This document shows positions 52,901 through 64,000 of a stretch of DNA of 64,000 nucleotides, piece by piece. Source of the DNA: Laetmonice hystrix. Taxonomy: Eukaryota. Every line of letters starts with the position of its first letter. Within the stretch, counting starts at the first letter, position 1. The stretch covers positions 16,616,001 to 16,680,000 of the forward strand of contig OZ249451.1 of NCBI GenBank assembly GCA_965235115.1, in the 5' to 3' direction. The position numbers and the translations under genes were made by a program. The notes beneath the pieces are model-generated. The model had not been told where the DNA came from, made no database searches, and saw only the letters and a list, made by a program, of their open reading frames with translations.

Positions 52901-53365
52901 CAAGCTTTTCAAAGTATTCTACAATTTAGTTCTTCTTCTGTTAATGACTACATCTGGGGAAAGGAAGTGGGGAGAAGATTAACTTAGTTCCTCTGCCTGC
53001 GGGTATATAGCAGACCGTATGGTTCAGATCGGCTGTCATGAAAAGTCACACTATCCAAGGACTGCCTGCCCTCTATGTCCACAGTCTTAATCTTCTCACG
53101 GTTTTATGGCCATCTCACCAACTCATTGCATTCCTGTGTCTATAGAGAATCCCTTGTTCCCGTAAATTTTGTGAAAGATTTATTTTCCCAATCTAGGTCC
53201 CAGATGATGCACCAAGCATTTTCTTAGTCCATTCTTTCACAGAGCAGAAGCAACTAACTCGCACTTCCATTCTTTCGTCTCTGAATATCCAGTTCAAAGC
53301 TACAGTCTATTTTTATTATTTCCATTGACGAAGTGGAAACTGATATAATTGGTAACATCGAAACA

Positions 53366-54771
53366 ATGGCGTCATCCCTGAGGAGAGGAAAGCCACTGAG
53401 AAGACAGGCCCGACAACTTATCTGCGATGTGGCCAAATACTTTGAGGGCCAGGCTGCCGGTAAATTCCCAAAGGAAAAGTGGTTAGACAAGGCTGCAACC
53501 TGCTTGGAAGTGAGTGCAACAACCATAATGAGGGTGAGAAAAGAGAAGAGGGAAAAACAGTTTTTTCCTCATCTGTCTTGGATGACTTTGATCTTGGTGT
53601 CATAAGAAGAAGAGTCCATTCCTTCTATGAGCGTGGAAAGATACCAACTTTAGACAAACTGACACAAGACATACGTGAAAATACCAATTTCACGGGAGGA
53701 CGAACATCATTGCACCAAATTCTTAAGGAAATATGCTTCAGATTTAAGAAGTCTGATGGCAGAAAATACCTCTTGGAAAGATCTGATATTGTCGCCCTCC
53801 GTCGCTCCTACGTACGCGCTATGAGAGAAAACAGGAATTCAAATAATCCCCGCCCAGTCATCTATCAGGATGAAACGTGGCTGAATGCTCATCATACAGT
53901 GTCCAAGTGCTGGCAGCTTGACGTTGAGGGAAGGTCACAGGATTCAATAGGCCTCAAAGTACCCACAGGACAGGGAAGAAGACTCATTATTAATCATGCT
54001 GGATCAGCTGCTGGATTTGTTCCCAATGCTTTGCTTCTTTTCAAGGCGAAGAGCAGCACGGGTGACTATCATGATTCGATGAACGGGGACAATTTCAAGA
54101 AATGGCTGAATGAAAAACTTATCCCAAACATACCACCTAATTCCATACTGGTCATGGACAATGCACCATATCACAGCATGTTAAGTGAGAAGGCACCAAC
54201 TTCATCAAGCAGAAAGGAAGACATCAGGAAATGGCTCAGTGATAAGAATATTCCCTTTACTGATGACATGATCAAAGCGGAACTGTATGAACTCGTTAAA
54301 CTGAACAAGCCAAGAGAGCAGCGTTACATTGTTGACGAAATTATGGCAAAAAATGGACATAAAGTTGTTAGACTACCACCGTATCATTGTAAACTCAATC
54401 CTATTGAACTCATCTGGGCCAATATAAAGAAATATGTAGCATCTAAAAATACCTCATGGAAAATGGCTGATGTTGAAAAACTTTGCCAGGAAGCAGTGAA
54501 CAGAATCAGTGCTGATGACTGGAAAAATGCTGAGAACCATGTGATAAAGATTGAGGAAGAGTACTGGAAAAATGACGGCATGATCGATGTAAGGATTGAA
54601 CAGTTGATAATTGATACTGCTGAAAGTTCCTCTTCCGAGGAGACAGATTTGTCAGTGGACAGTGATGACGACACTGATATGGAAGATTCAGAAGACTTAG
54701 AACTTTATTTTGGATGTGGTCCATTAATAATGAGTCAGGAGAGGTTGTTGGGGCATCCACATAGCTCATAA
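53366..54771 (+). mobile_element. IS630-Tc1-mariner transposase, DD82E (Sailor-type), one frameshift near 53550
   Basis: IYQDETW, VMDNAPYHS, LPPYHCKLNPIE; 82 residues counted between the second D and E; N-terminus (ATG 53366) in a different frame; TIRs not identified. Confidence 0.88.
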
Positions 54772-56048
54772 GGAGTTTCTCTGGTGAGTGACTTTATGAT
54801 TAATCAACAGTCAAACAGACAGTGGAGGAGTGGGGTGGTGTTGACGTGTCTGCACCACGTGCAGCTGTTTACATCCTCCCGCGGGCCGTTACGGCCCGTG
54901 GCCTGTGATTGGTCTCGCTGAAGGAGTGGGGCGGGAGGGTCATGAATATATGCTCGTGCTTTTCTTACAGCGAACAGACTGTAGACGCCCAACCTTACAG
55001 TTGGGTTGTATGTGGTTTAGCTTGGGATATGAGAAGGTATAGAGCTCTCCCGTTCGGCGGGATGTAGCTTTCCTTATCGTCAGGAAGCCCACACCTGGGC
55101 GCGTTTCGGAACTTATACTTCACATAGGACATGAAACCGTGACTTCATTTGGTAACCCTGTTAGAGGTACCAAGTTTGATAAAAGTTCGCCCCTGGTTAG
55201 GTCTCGAATCCCGTCAAGGAATTTAACCTATTCTGTAAGCATAGAGACAGCAGACATCGTCATTGCCTGAACTCTGCCTGATCGTGTGTAAAATCCGAGC
55301 TCTGCGCCAAAGAGCCGGGATCATTTATGGAGGAGAAACGAGGGGTTTGCGTAGGTATGATATTAGTATAGGTACTCGCACATAATATGTATCTAGGACC
55401 CATGTCGTGTGCTCAGTATGTATTGTCGAGGAAATGTAAACAATAGCTGTACTCCCGTTAACCACCATCTTGGTTCTCGCATCTCGCGCCGTATTAAAAT
55501 CTGTAGGCAGTGTGCCATGATCCAGATATTGGAATAACCGATTACATTCCTTGTCTTCTCGTTGTTGCTCGATAAGGGTTTCATGCTATGTTGGCATCTA
55601 AGGCCATCTCCATGGCGAAAACAGAGTAAGAATAGTGAATAGTGAAAGGGACCTATTTTATGCCGGGTCCCAACGGTAACTGCTGAAAAGAGCATAAATA
55701 ACATCGTTTACTAGGCTAGTGCTAGTGTAACGGAGATGTATTTCAGCTATGTATGGGTACCGTGTGTCTGAGCCCGAGCCTTGCACTTGGGCTGATTCAG
55801 CAACTGCATGTACATGGTCAGCATGTGATCACAATTAGCCTGGGTTGGTCCCCATCATTGCAAGATGGAACCGAGAGTCAGTCTAGTAAGCAGCGAGGCG
55901 AGTTATTTGGTGGACTGCTGGGGCATCGAACCCAGCGAGACCTGTACAATGATCTTTAGTGTACCCCAGCCATAGGACAGAACTCTAACGGCGCCCTCAG
56001 AGATAGAGAGGCCCCACCTACTGGGCGCCGTCCCAGTAATCAACGGTA

Positions 56049-56630
56049 GACAGGTTCTGCTATCCCGGTTCCGTCCCCGGCTCCGGCTTAGCACAGCGTC
56101 GCGTCATCAGAAAATACCGTGACGTCATCGATACGCGCGTATTTGAAGCTAAGCCGTTCCCGGGTCCCGAGATAGATCGGCTCTGTCCCGTAAGTGTCTA
56201 ACGGCATAGGGTTTTCCTCGATTTCTTCTTTCCATGAGTTGACACAATGGATTTGAAGTGTCAAGTAGTTGGATTAATATTTGAAGACTTTAGTGAATCG
56301 GCTGTCAGCACAATTATCTCGTGGTATTTTCAACTATTTTGGTCATAAAGTGATGTGCTGTTTTGCATTCACTGCAGCTAGGCCGTGTCATCGCATGGCG
56401 CTTGCAGGGCGACACAATCTGTCAGAGCAGCCAACTCGACCAAAGTCAAATCACCCGCCATATTCACTCTTGTGTTTGTTGTTGTTATGTTGTTCTTATG
56501 GTAACCTGGCCACTTACTATTACGCGGCGGCGCCGGCGTAGCAGAACCAAAATACGACGTTCCTCTCCGGCTCCGAGATCGGCATAGCCGATCCCGGAGC
56601 CGGAGACGGAACGGGATAGCAGAACCTGTC
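56049..56630. mobile_element. TA-flanked MITE, 582 bp
   Basis: TA|gacaggttctgctatccc.gttccgtc.ccggctccgg ... ccggagccggagacggaacgggatagcagaacctgtc|TA. Confidence 0.75.
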
Positions 56631-59387
56631 TATTATTGGCTTCTCCCGGGCAAGAGGTGGCCCTGGCGGCCCTGCAGCCCACTGTGTCCCAGGCGGGCCC
56701 GGAGCAGCCGATACAGTCCCAGAACTATAAAAGAGTCAGAAGTCCAGCCTCTGACAAAAACTCATCGTGGTTTGGATCGATTGCCTATTTGTTCCTTAGT
56801 ATTTCATAACGAAATAGGTGGACTGGATAAAAACATTCCAAGGGAATGGTGGCTCCACCCTCGGCAAGCTCCGCCTCTTCCCACAAAAAACGCTTCCAAA
56901 TAAGGTATAATTCCAATTCGTTGCATTTATTTAATGAGGGTGGGGATTTCGCGATGAATTATGTGCATTAGAAAAGTCTGATTCGCTCTTAGAAATGTTA
57001 AAGGGAGGGACGTTTCTTACTATGTTGGCGAACATTTTGGGTATCCAGTTAAGTTTCCAGATAAAGCACTCCGAATTTTCAGAGGGCATCCCCAAGAAAT
57101 GTAAACGAGGGAAAAACATCGCGTTTAGTTTCGCAGCCAATAAACTCTAGTTTTACATTGTAAATCATGAGGAGTACCTTAGTCAGACGAGGAAAAGGCA
57201 GTTAAGCGAGTCATCAAGTGAGTCAAGTATCGATTTCTCTGATATAGAGCCAGTTTCATCAAAACAAATGAAATTAGAAGCGAAGACCGAAGAGCCAAAG
57301 GCGACACTCCCGGGCGAGAGGTGGCCCTGGCGGCCCTGCAGCCCACCGTATCGCTGGCGTGCCCCGAGAGGTCGGACTCGCCGCTACCAACAATCAGGAC
57401 GGCTCGGCGAGCGAAACCCTACACCCGTTCGGATGGAAGCCAACCCACGGGCCGATACAGTCCCGTGAGCCCGGGGTTACCAGCTAACCCCGTGGAGACA
57501 GAGGCAGCGTCCCTGGCAAGCCTCTTGCCCTTGGATTGCAGCAGCTGGCCCTCAGATTGGGACAGGCTCTCCCCAATCGTGGGGATCAGCCTAGACAGTA
57601 AATTTTCAGAGTGTATTCTTATTCAACTGTCTCTATGAGAGAATAATTGGAATCCCAACTGACATCCCCAAATTTATAAACAGTGAAATATTGGAGCTTG
57701 GTGAGTGAGTGAGTGAGTAATGGTGGTTTTATGCCGTGTCAGCATCCGGGGCCATCTTCACGGCGAAAACAGTGTAAAAAGACCATAAAATGAAAGGGAC
57801 CTATTTTGTCCCGAGCCCCAATGGGAATATCATTGAAATAGGGCTACCGACAAGCCAGAACTATAAAAGAGTCAGAAGTCCAGCCTCTGACAAAAACTCA
57901 TCGTGGTTTGGATCGATTGCCTATTTGTTCCTCAGTATTTCATAACGAAATAGGTGGACTGGATAAAAACATTCCAAGGGAATGGTGGCTCACCCTCGGC
58001 AAGCTCCGCCTCTCCCCCAAAAAACGCTTCCAAATAGGTATGATAATTCCAATTCGTTGCATTTATTTAAAGAGGGTGGGGATTTCGCGATGAATTATGT
58101 GCATTAGAAAAGTCTGATTCGCTCTTAGAAATGTTAAAGGGAGGGACGTTTCTTACTATGTTAGCGAACATTTTGGGTATCCAGTTAAGTTTCCAGATAA
58201 AGCACTCCGAATTTTCAGAGGGCATCCTCAAGAAATGTAAACGAGGGGAAAACATCGCGTTTAGTTTCGTGAGTGAGTGAGTAATGGTGGTTTTACGCCG
58301 TGTCGGCATCTGGGGCCATCTTCACGGCGAAAACAGAGTAAAAAGACCATAAAATGAAAGGGACCTATTTTATCCCGAGCCCCAACGGGAATATCATTGA
58401 AGCACACCCCAATAGGGCTACCGACAAGCCAGAACTATAAAAGAGTCAGAAGTTTGTTCCTTGTATATTTCGCGATATATTTTCAGAGTGCATTCTTATT
58501 CAACTATCTCTATGAGAAATAATTCGAATTCCAACCGACAACTCCAAATTTATAATCAGTGAAATAGTTGAGCTTGGAGACTTAGCCAAAGAATTGGATC
58601 TTATTTTCAAGCTCAACTCTCAATGGGAAATATCTGAGAAGCACAACACGTCATTTCATCCATAAGGCCAGACTCAGAAATGGGGTGTGTATATATTGCC
58701 ATGGACGCTGTGTAGTAAAAATCGGTGTGCTCCCCAGAGAGGTTTTTACACTCCCATGTTGTGGAATGTTAATGCATTTTCGGTGCTTCAGAATTTGCCG
58801 TTTACATCACAGTATATATCCATGTGCATATTGTAAGACACCTTGGGTAAATCAATCCCCACAAGCCACAGGTCTCAGTTCAGAAAACGTCCAAAAACAG
58901 ATAATCGGGAAAATAATAGCAAGTGAACATTTTTGGTGGATTCCAAATACATAATCGACTGAATTCGGAATTCCCTATAGTCTAGCTGGTGACGAGACAA
59001 TGCACATTTAAGGGGGATAACGGTCAAAAGCTATAACACGGGGGGAAAGCGTTATAAATACTATCTCTCTGACGGGCAATAAACCCCCTGTGACAAACCA
59101 ACTACAGTATATATAGTTATAGAGAAATCTACCCATTTCCAGCGTATAACTTTTCCCAAACTCTGTATTTATGTAGATTCGACCTTTCTTGTTGCAAAAA
59201 AGCCCTGTGATTGAAAGAGTTGTGACTCGTATAGTTGTAGAGAAATCTACCCATTTCCAGCGTATAACTTTTTCCTAAACTCTGTATTTGAACGTTTTCC
59301 TATATAACCTGGATATATCCTAAATTCTCGCCATCCAATACACTGATAATACTAATACATAAAATTTGAGTTCACATTAACAAACGT

Positions 59388-60224
59388 TTGAAACTAAAAG
59401 CACACGTTTTCCAAGAACATTCACGAAAAATGCGTGAATTCGTTATTAAGAACGCACATTTGTTAATCAAAAGATGTAACTTTTTACAGTGCCTGGAAAA
59501 TTTCCATAAATATGGGGTGGAAACGCTTTTCGAAACTTACACCATCGGCTTTCCAGAAACACGCCGTTTAAATCTACGCCAGTGCCAGCAAATATTCTAC
59601 CTCCTTTCTAAGGCTAATCCTGCCCGTGGTTTGGATCGACTGCCTATTTCTTCCTTAGTATTTTTCGCAATATATTTTCAGAGTACATTCTTATTCAGCT
59701 ATCTCCATGAAAGAATAACTGAAAACACAACTGACATTCCCAAATTTATCATCGGCATAATATTGGAGCTTGGAGATTCCACTAAGGAATTGGAGCGCAT
59801 TTTCAAGCTCTTACAACGTGAATTTGGTCTTTCTAAACGATCATGTTTAAGCTTACTTACATCGCCTGATTCGAAGCTAACACCAACTCGCCTGGGAAAA
59901 TATCTAAGAAGCAGTATGCGTCGTTTCATGCATATGGCCAAACTAAGAGATGGTGTGTGTATATATTGCCGCGGACAATGTGTAATAAAAATAGATGTGC
60001 TCCCAAGGGAAGTTTTTACACTCCCATGTTGTGGAATGTTGATGCATTTTCGGTGCTTCAGAATCTGGCGTTTGCATCACAATATATATCCATGTGGATA
60101 TTGTAAGACACCTTGGGTAAATCAATCCCCACAACCCACAGGTCTCAGTTCAGAAAACGTTCAAAAACAGATAATCGGGAAAATAATAGCAAGTGAACGG
60201 TTTTGGTGGATTCCAAATACATAA
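59388..60224 (+). CDS. Intronless RING-finger protein, possibly of viral origin
   Basis: CIYC...LPCCGMLMHFRC...CGYC; first ATG 59430; deleted or partial copies at 40240-40310, 41750-42166, 57600-57700, 58480-58954. Confidence 0.65.
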   Translation: MKLKAHVFQEHSRKMREFVIKNAHLLIKRCNFLQCLENFHKYGVETLFETYTIGFPETRRLNLRQCQQIFYLLSKANPARGLDRLPISSLVFFAIYFQSTFLFSYLHERITENTTDIPKFIIGIILELGDSTKELERIFKLLQREFGLSKRSCLSLLTSPDSKLTPTRLGKYLRSSMRRFMHMAKLRDGVCIYCRGQCVIKIDVLPREVFTLPCCGMLMHFRCFRIWRLHHNIYPCGYCKTPWVNQSPQPTGLSSENVQKQIIGKIIASERFWWIPNT

Positions 60225-60999
60225 TCTACTGAATTCTAACTATAATACGGGGGAAAAGCGTTATAAATACTATCTCTCTGACGGCATTGCTCACATCATG
60301 CGTCACTGGCAGGCCTATAAACGGCTCTAAACGTGTGAACATCTCTTGCGTTTGAGTCTTAGACAGTGCAAACGTTTCATTATCATCACTCGTCCCTGCT
60401 GATAACCAGCTGCAAACGAAGTATTCTGAGCAGAAGTATTTATACCGCTTGATTTCTTTAAGATTTTGTGATTTAAAATATTTCCTGCATAGTGAGAAAA
60501 TATTACTTGGTTTTAGGCTTTTAAATTTTAGTTAGATGTGAGTCGAACGACGTGGCCTCCTAGTTAGTGACTCACGGGAACTCCATGAATTCATTCATGG
60601 TGCTAAACACGTCGATTCATTCAGGGGCTACATTGTGAGATCGACTGGCGAGCTTTCGCTGGTGCATCTAGATTCAAGCGTCGTAGCTATAAAGATATTC
60701 AGCACACTTGAGAACACTTTGAGTAATAACGTTTGTCGAAACATTCACGATTTCTTTCAAAGTTGATGCAGGAGGAAAACATTTTTCCTGGTCAATATGT
60801 ATTGCAATGTATTCCAACTCGCATTCAAAATGACTCTATGGTTTTATACATGACTGTTCCCCCAAGCAATGACACAGCCTGAGGAGAGCGGTTCAAGGCA
60901 GCAGCTGCTAGTTCTCTCCCAATCAGGGACTTTTCCGTCTCTACCCTGTCAATTAGGCTATTTTTCTGATAATCCTGCCTGAAATCATATTACCACAAT

Positions 61000-61720
61000 C
61001 TCAGAACTGCCGCTTCCAAGCTCGATCTAAGTCGTGTATGGTTTCTCCATGACACAATACCCGTCAATTTCTGGGTGTTTGCAACGCAGTAGCCCCGATT
61101 ACATCGTTTAGTCTGACAAATTATGGTGCATGGGTAATCTGAGGTAGGTAATTCGAAGGGTAACCTCCACAAATTCATTAGCAGTACCAACTAATGTGTA
61201 CAGAGATAAGTAATAACTAATGGGTAAAAGTTCAGAGAAAACAAGTGGATATCCAGCAATGAGCAGCCAGTAATCACACAATGAAACACTATTATTCCAA
61301 TACAAATTCGCGAGCCAGAGGGAAGCATTTTAAACCACGTGGAATAAGCATGGATAGAACAATGAGCTTAATCATCTTATTTTCATTCTTCATATCATGT
61401 CAAGCCTGCACATCTTTTTTACCTGGAACGTTACTCTGTAAGAACTTGCCTGCTATAGCAACATTCACGACGATGACAACCGAACATCTGATCATCCCTA
61501 CTAACATAAGTGAGTGAGTGAGTAGTGGTGGTTTTCCGCCTTGCCAGCATCCGGGGCCATCTTCACGGCGAAAACCTACTTACATAAGCAATACTCATTA
61601 CGAACTGGAGGTATTCCCTTTTCTGAAGACTATCCGGACATCCTCATGCCTTTATGATTGTGAAGATGGTCTATGCACCTTCAAACGTCATTTGCCTGAC
61701 TTCACCTGGTCTCTAAGGTA
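61000..61720 (-). pseudogene. Possible decayed class A GPCR fragment (paralogous pieces at 37040-37142 plus 37984-38400 and duplicate)
   Basis: VVIVVNVAIAGKFLQS...KNENKMIKLIVLSMLI (TM5-TM6-like); SLWIPVTV...IFCISPIIGRFRK (TM3-like) at 38250-38380; many stops. Confidence 0.35.
61510..61575 (-). mobile_element. 5'-truncated module copy with target-site duplication
   Basis: ctactaacataag (61498-61510) vs ctacttacataag (61576-61588); flanks rejoin into sequence collinear with 38000-38230. Confidence 0.8.
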
Positions 61721-62059
61721 GAGTTTCTCCTTTTCATATTAGTTTCTGATAAAATGTCTATTATATGATTGTTGGCCAAAACCATGTTCTGTGAAAGTTT
61801 GCATTTCACAGTTCACCATCTGATTCTACTGCCTCTGTTTCCAACACAAGGTAGATATGTTTTCATATTCCCTAAAGTCAGGTCTTTCAACATTACACCG
61901 ATTTTCTGATTGCTAAGTGAATTTCACTCGTTTTATCTCATTTACATTTTACAAATAAGAGCACATGTTTCATTGCCGTTTTAGTCCACCCCCCGACACT
62001 CCGAGTACATCCGACACCGAAATCTTGGAAAATGCTGACTCTTCTACGACCAAGAAGAG

Positions 62060-62122
62060 ATCTCGAGATAATGAGAAAAGATCTCGAGATAACGAGAAAA
62101 TATCTCGAGATAACGAGAAAAA
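62060..62122 (+). repeat. 21-bp tandem repeat x3
   Basis: gatctcgagataa.gagaaaa units. Confidence 0.85.
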
Positions 62123-62539
62123 ATTGTTTTTCAGTGTCCTAAATCAGCCACCGTAGTACCGCCATCTTCACAGCAAAAACAGAGTAAGAATACTGAATAG
62201 TAAAAGGGACCTATTTTATCCCGGGTCCCAACGGGAGCTGCTGAGAAAAGTATAATTGACCTCGGTGACTTAGCTCTTGCTAGTGGTCTGACACATTGTT
62301 TGCATCTAAAGCCGTCAATGAAAAGAAGATCAAACCACCGCAAATGAAATAATACACCCGATCAGCCCAATAGGGCTGCCGATAAGCTTAAACTTTAGTG
62401 TACCACGCAGAAGCCCATCTTCTGATAAAAATTCTAAAATCACTTTTGCTCTGACATTACTACAAAGATATTAAAGACTTGTCTTATTATAAAACCGTTA
62501 TCTAACCACAACTTCCCACAATATCGAGTAAGAAGACGA

Positions 62540-63420
62540 AGAGGAATGGCAGGGAATTGATATCATTTCTAATGCCCGACATGGATGGCGTAAAATGCCA
62601 AGGATACCAGCGTGGTTGTCATCGGTGATCAGACCCATAAAGTGTTCCAACATATACATGTCACCAAATCTGACGGCCCTGTGACACAGAGGTACGAGAG
62701 ACTTGGAACATCTAAGTATATGGATAAGGAGGGTGTGTCAGTCAGACCAGTCACCACAGTGTGTCAGTCAGAATACAGGTGCATGATAAGAACCTGGCTC
62801 TCGACAAGTTTGTCAAAGACTTGAAGATTGTGAACAAACAGAATGACATATGTCACAGCATCAAGGCCATGAAGAAACTGATCTTTGAAGCAGGCAGATC
62901 ATGGTGCAAATAAACATGAGATTCACACGTATAGGCAACTGGAGGACAAGGCAGATTCAGTGGGGACACATGGGCCATAAAACATGGTAACGAGGACCCT
63001 GATCAGCTGAGAGATCTCCTGCTCAGTGCTCAAGGTGTCATCAGGATCCTAACTATGAGAGCCAGAGGATAATCATCACCAGTCCTGTGGCTGAAAATAT
63101 GCTGAGGGTTGTCATTATGAAAAGTATATGTCAGTCGGCTGCAGATTAAGTCTCTGTGAAGAAAACATTCTATGTTGAATCTTTGAACAACACCACGAAC
63201 ATGTTCCAGGACAAAAGAATTGTGTTTGGTGATGATGAGTACCAGATTCGCTCACACTTGGCTGTTTTACACTGGAACGAGAATGTGAGCAGGTCCTACA
63301 CTTCTGTGTGGAAGAAAGCAAGTGGAAAGGTCAAAAAGAACTATAAGAAATCCACATATCACTACAGGAAACGTTTGTGGACCCGATTGGTCAATTCCCA
63401 ATATGGACAGGCAAGGCTTC
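62540..63420 (+). pseudogene. Decayed Kolobok-like DDE transposase
   Basis: IISNARHGWRK/AKDTSVV, QND.CHSIKAMKK, YVESLNN...DKRIVF...HLAVLHWNENVSR; multiple frameshifts and stops; family assignment from recalled motif order. Confidence 0.55.
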
Positions 63421-64000
63421 TTTTCAGTAACTGGTACTGCATGTGTGTAGGACATTATAGTGTCTGGCAGTGTGTATGTTGCTACCACAAAACCCGTGGT
63501 GTTGAAGAACGCGACACGTGCAGTGAGCCACTGGCTGAGCCACTGCTGGGGCTGCTGGCTCCTGCTCCTCTTAGCCCCTCCCTGTGGCCTATACCTGGCG
63601 TTACTGCTGTCCGTACGGACATCGAGGGGATTTTGCCACTGGCCTTTAAGGAAAATGTTTAAAATAACCCAGCAGATGATTCTCTGACTTCTTCACTTCA
63701 GCAAACTGTACAATTTACTTTGATGGGTGAGCGAGTGAAATCCATTGGGTGATGAGGAGATGAAACCCGCACACTGGAGCGAACCCCCGACTCTTTTCAG
63801 TAGATGTCAAGGAATCTTTAATGTGACCCTCAACACAATTTACTTTGAATCACAAGCAAAAACCAATCCATTTTACCAGCGGACTGCAAAATCCTCAACA
63901 ACGGAAAACAGCAACTCCTAATAGGAGCGATTTTGGCAGTCCATAAATTATGTAACGTTATTCTGACCAAAATATTGTATGGGAATAACAAAGGTTGTTA

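Larger units (their letters stand above)
29977..62235 (-). repeat. Array of 20 co-oriented ~125-bp structured modules
   Basis: Copies (plus coordinates, approximate): 29977, 32277*, 32521, 33603, 34345, 36905, 38405, 40473, 41546, 44266*, 44510, 45561, 46289, 48875, 50375, 55576*, 57701, 58269, 61510, 62161* (* = no GTGA tail). Consensus (gtga)n gta.tggtggttttacgccgtgtcggcatccagggccatcttcacggcgaaaacagagt...aaagggacctattttatcccgggccccaacggg. Confidence 0.92.

Noticed and set aside
53530-53570. Programmed frameshift in the DD82E transposase
   Set aside because: No canonical X XXY YYZ heptamer in phase and no obvious downstream stem; more likely an indel.
56700-60830. Complete Polinton/Maverick or provirus
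   Set aside because: No protein-primed polymerase, packaging ATPase, capsid, integrase or long TIRs visible.
29977-62235. CRISPR array
   Set aside because: Repeats ~125 bp, intervals 0.2-5 kb and irregular, no cas genes, eukaryotic spliced context.
62200-62250. Module as a twister, hammerhead or HDV ribozyme
   Set aside because: Contains ccgggtcccaa reminiscent of twister L4, but the other conserved core elements could not be placed in the right order on either strand.

Overview
Eukaryotic (invertebrate animal) DNA dominated by mobile elements; the species cannot be determined from sequence alone. 1-7 kb: an intact Ngaro-type tyrosine-recombinase retrotransposon (A1-gag-RT/RH-YR-B1-A2-B2, identical repeats), most likely intronic, just upstream of the last two exons of a probable SLC6 transporter gene. 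7-16 kb: ordinary intergenic DNA with MITEs and a small secreted Cys-rich peptide gene. 16-29 kb: a full-length Gypsy LTR element (about 1-kb LTRs, GCTT TSD, clear -1 frameshift signal, damaged pol) inserted into the RT of a related, oppositely oriented Gypsy element, followed by a fold-back inversion centred on telomere-like repeats. 30-62 kb is the most unusual part: a mosaic of Gypsy, env-like, virus-like RING, GPCR-like and DNA-transposon pieces punctuated by 20 co-oriented copies of a ~125-bp structured module ((GTGA)n tail, stem-loop, pseudoknot). The module behaves like the 3' end of a non-LTR retroposon (one copy has a 13-bp TSD) but mostly sits at cassette junctions and appears to act as a shuffling point. 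The mosaic includes a ~10-kb duplication, a DD82E (Sailor-type) transposase and a decayed Kolobok-like transposase. All alignments and counts were done by eye; no database searches were run.
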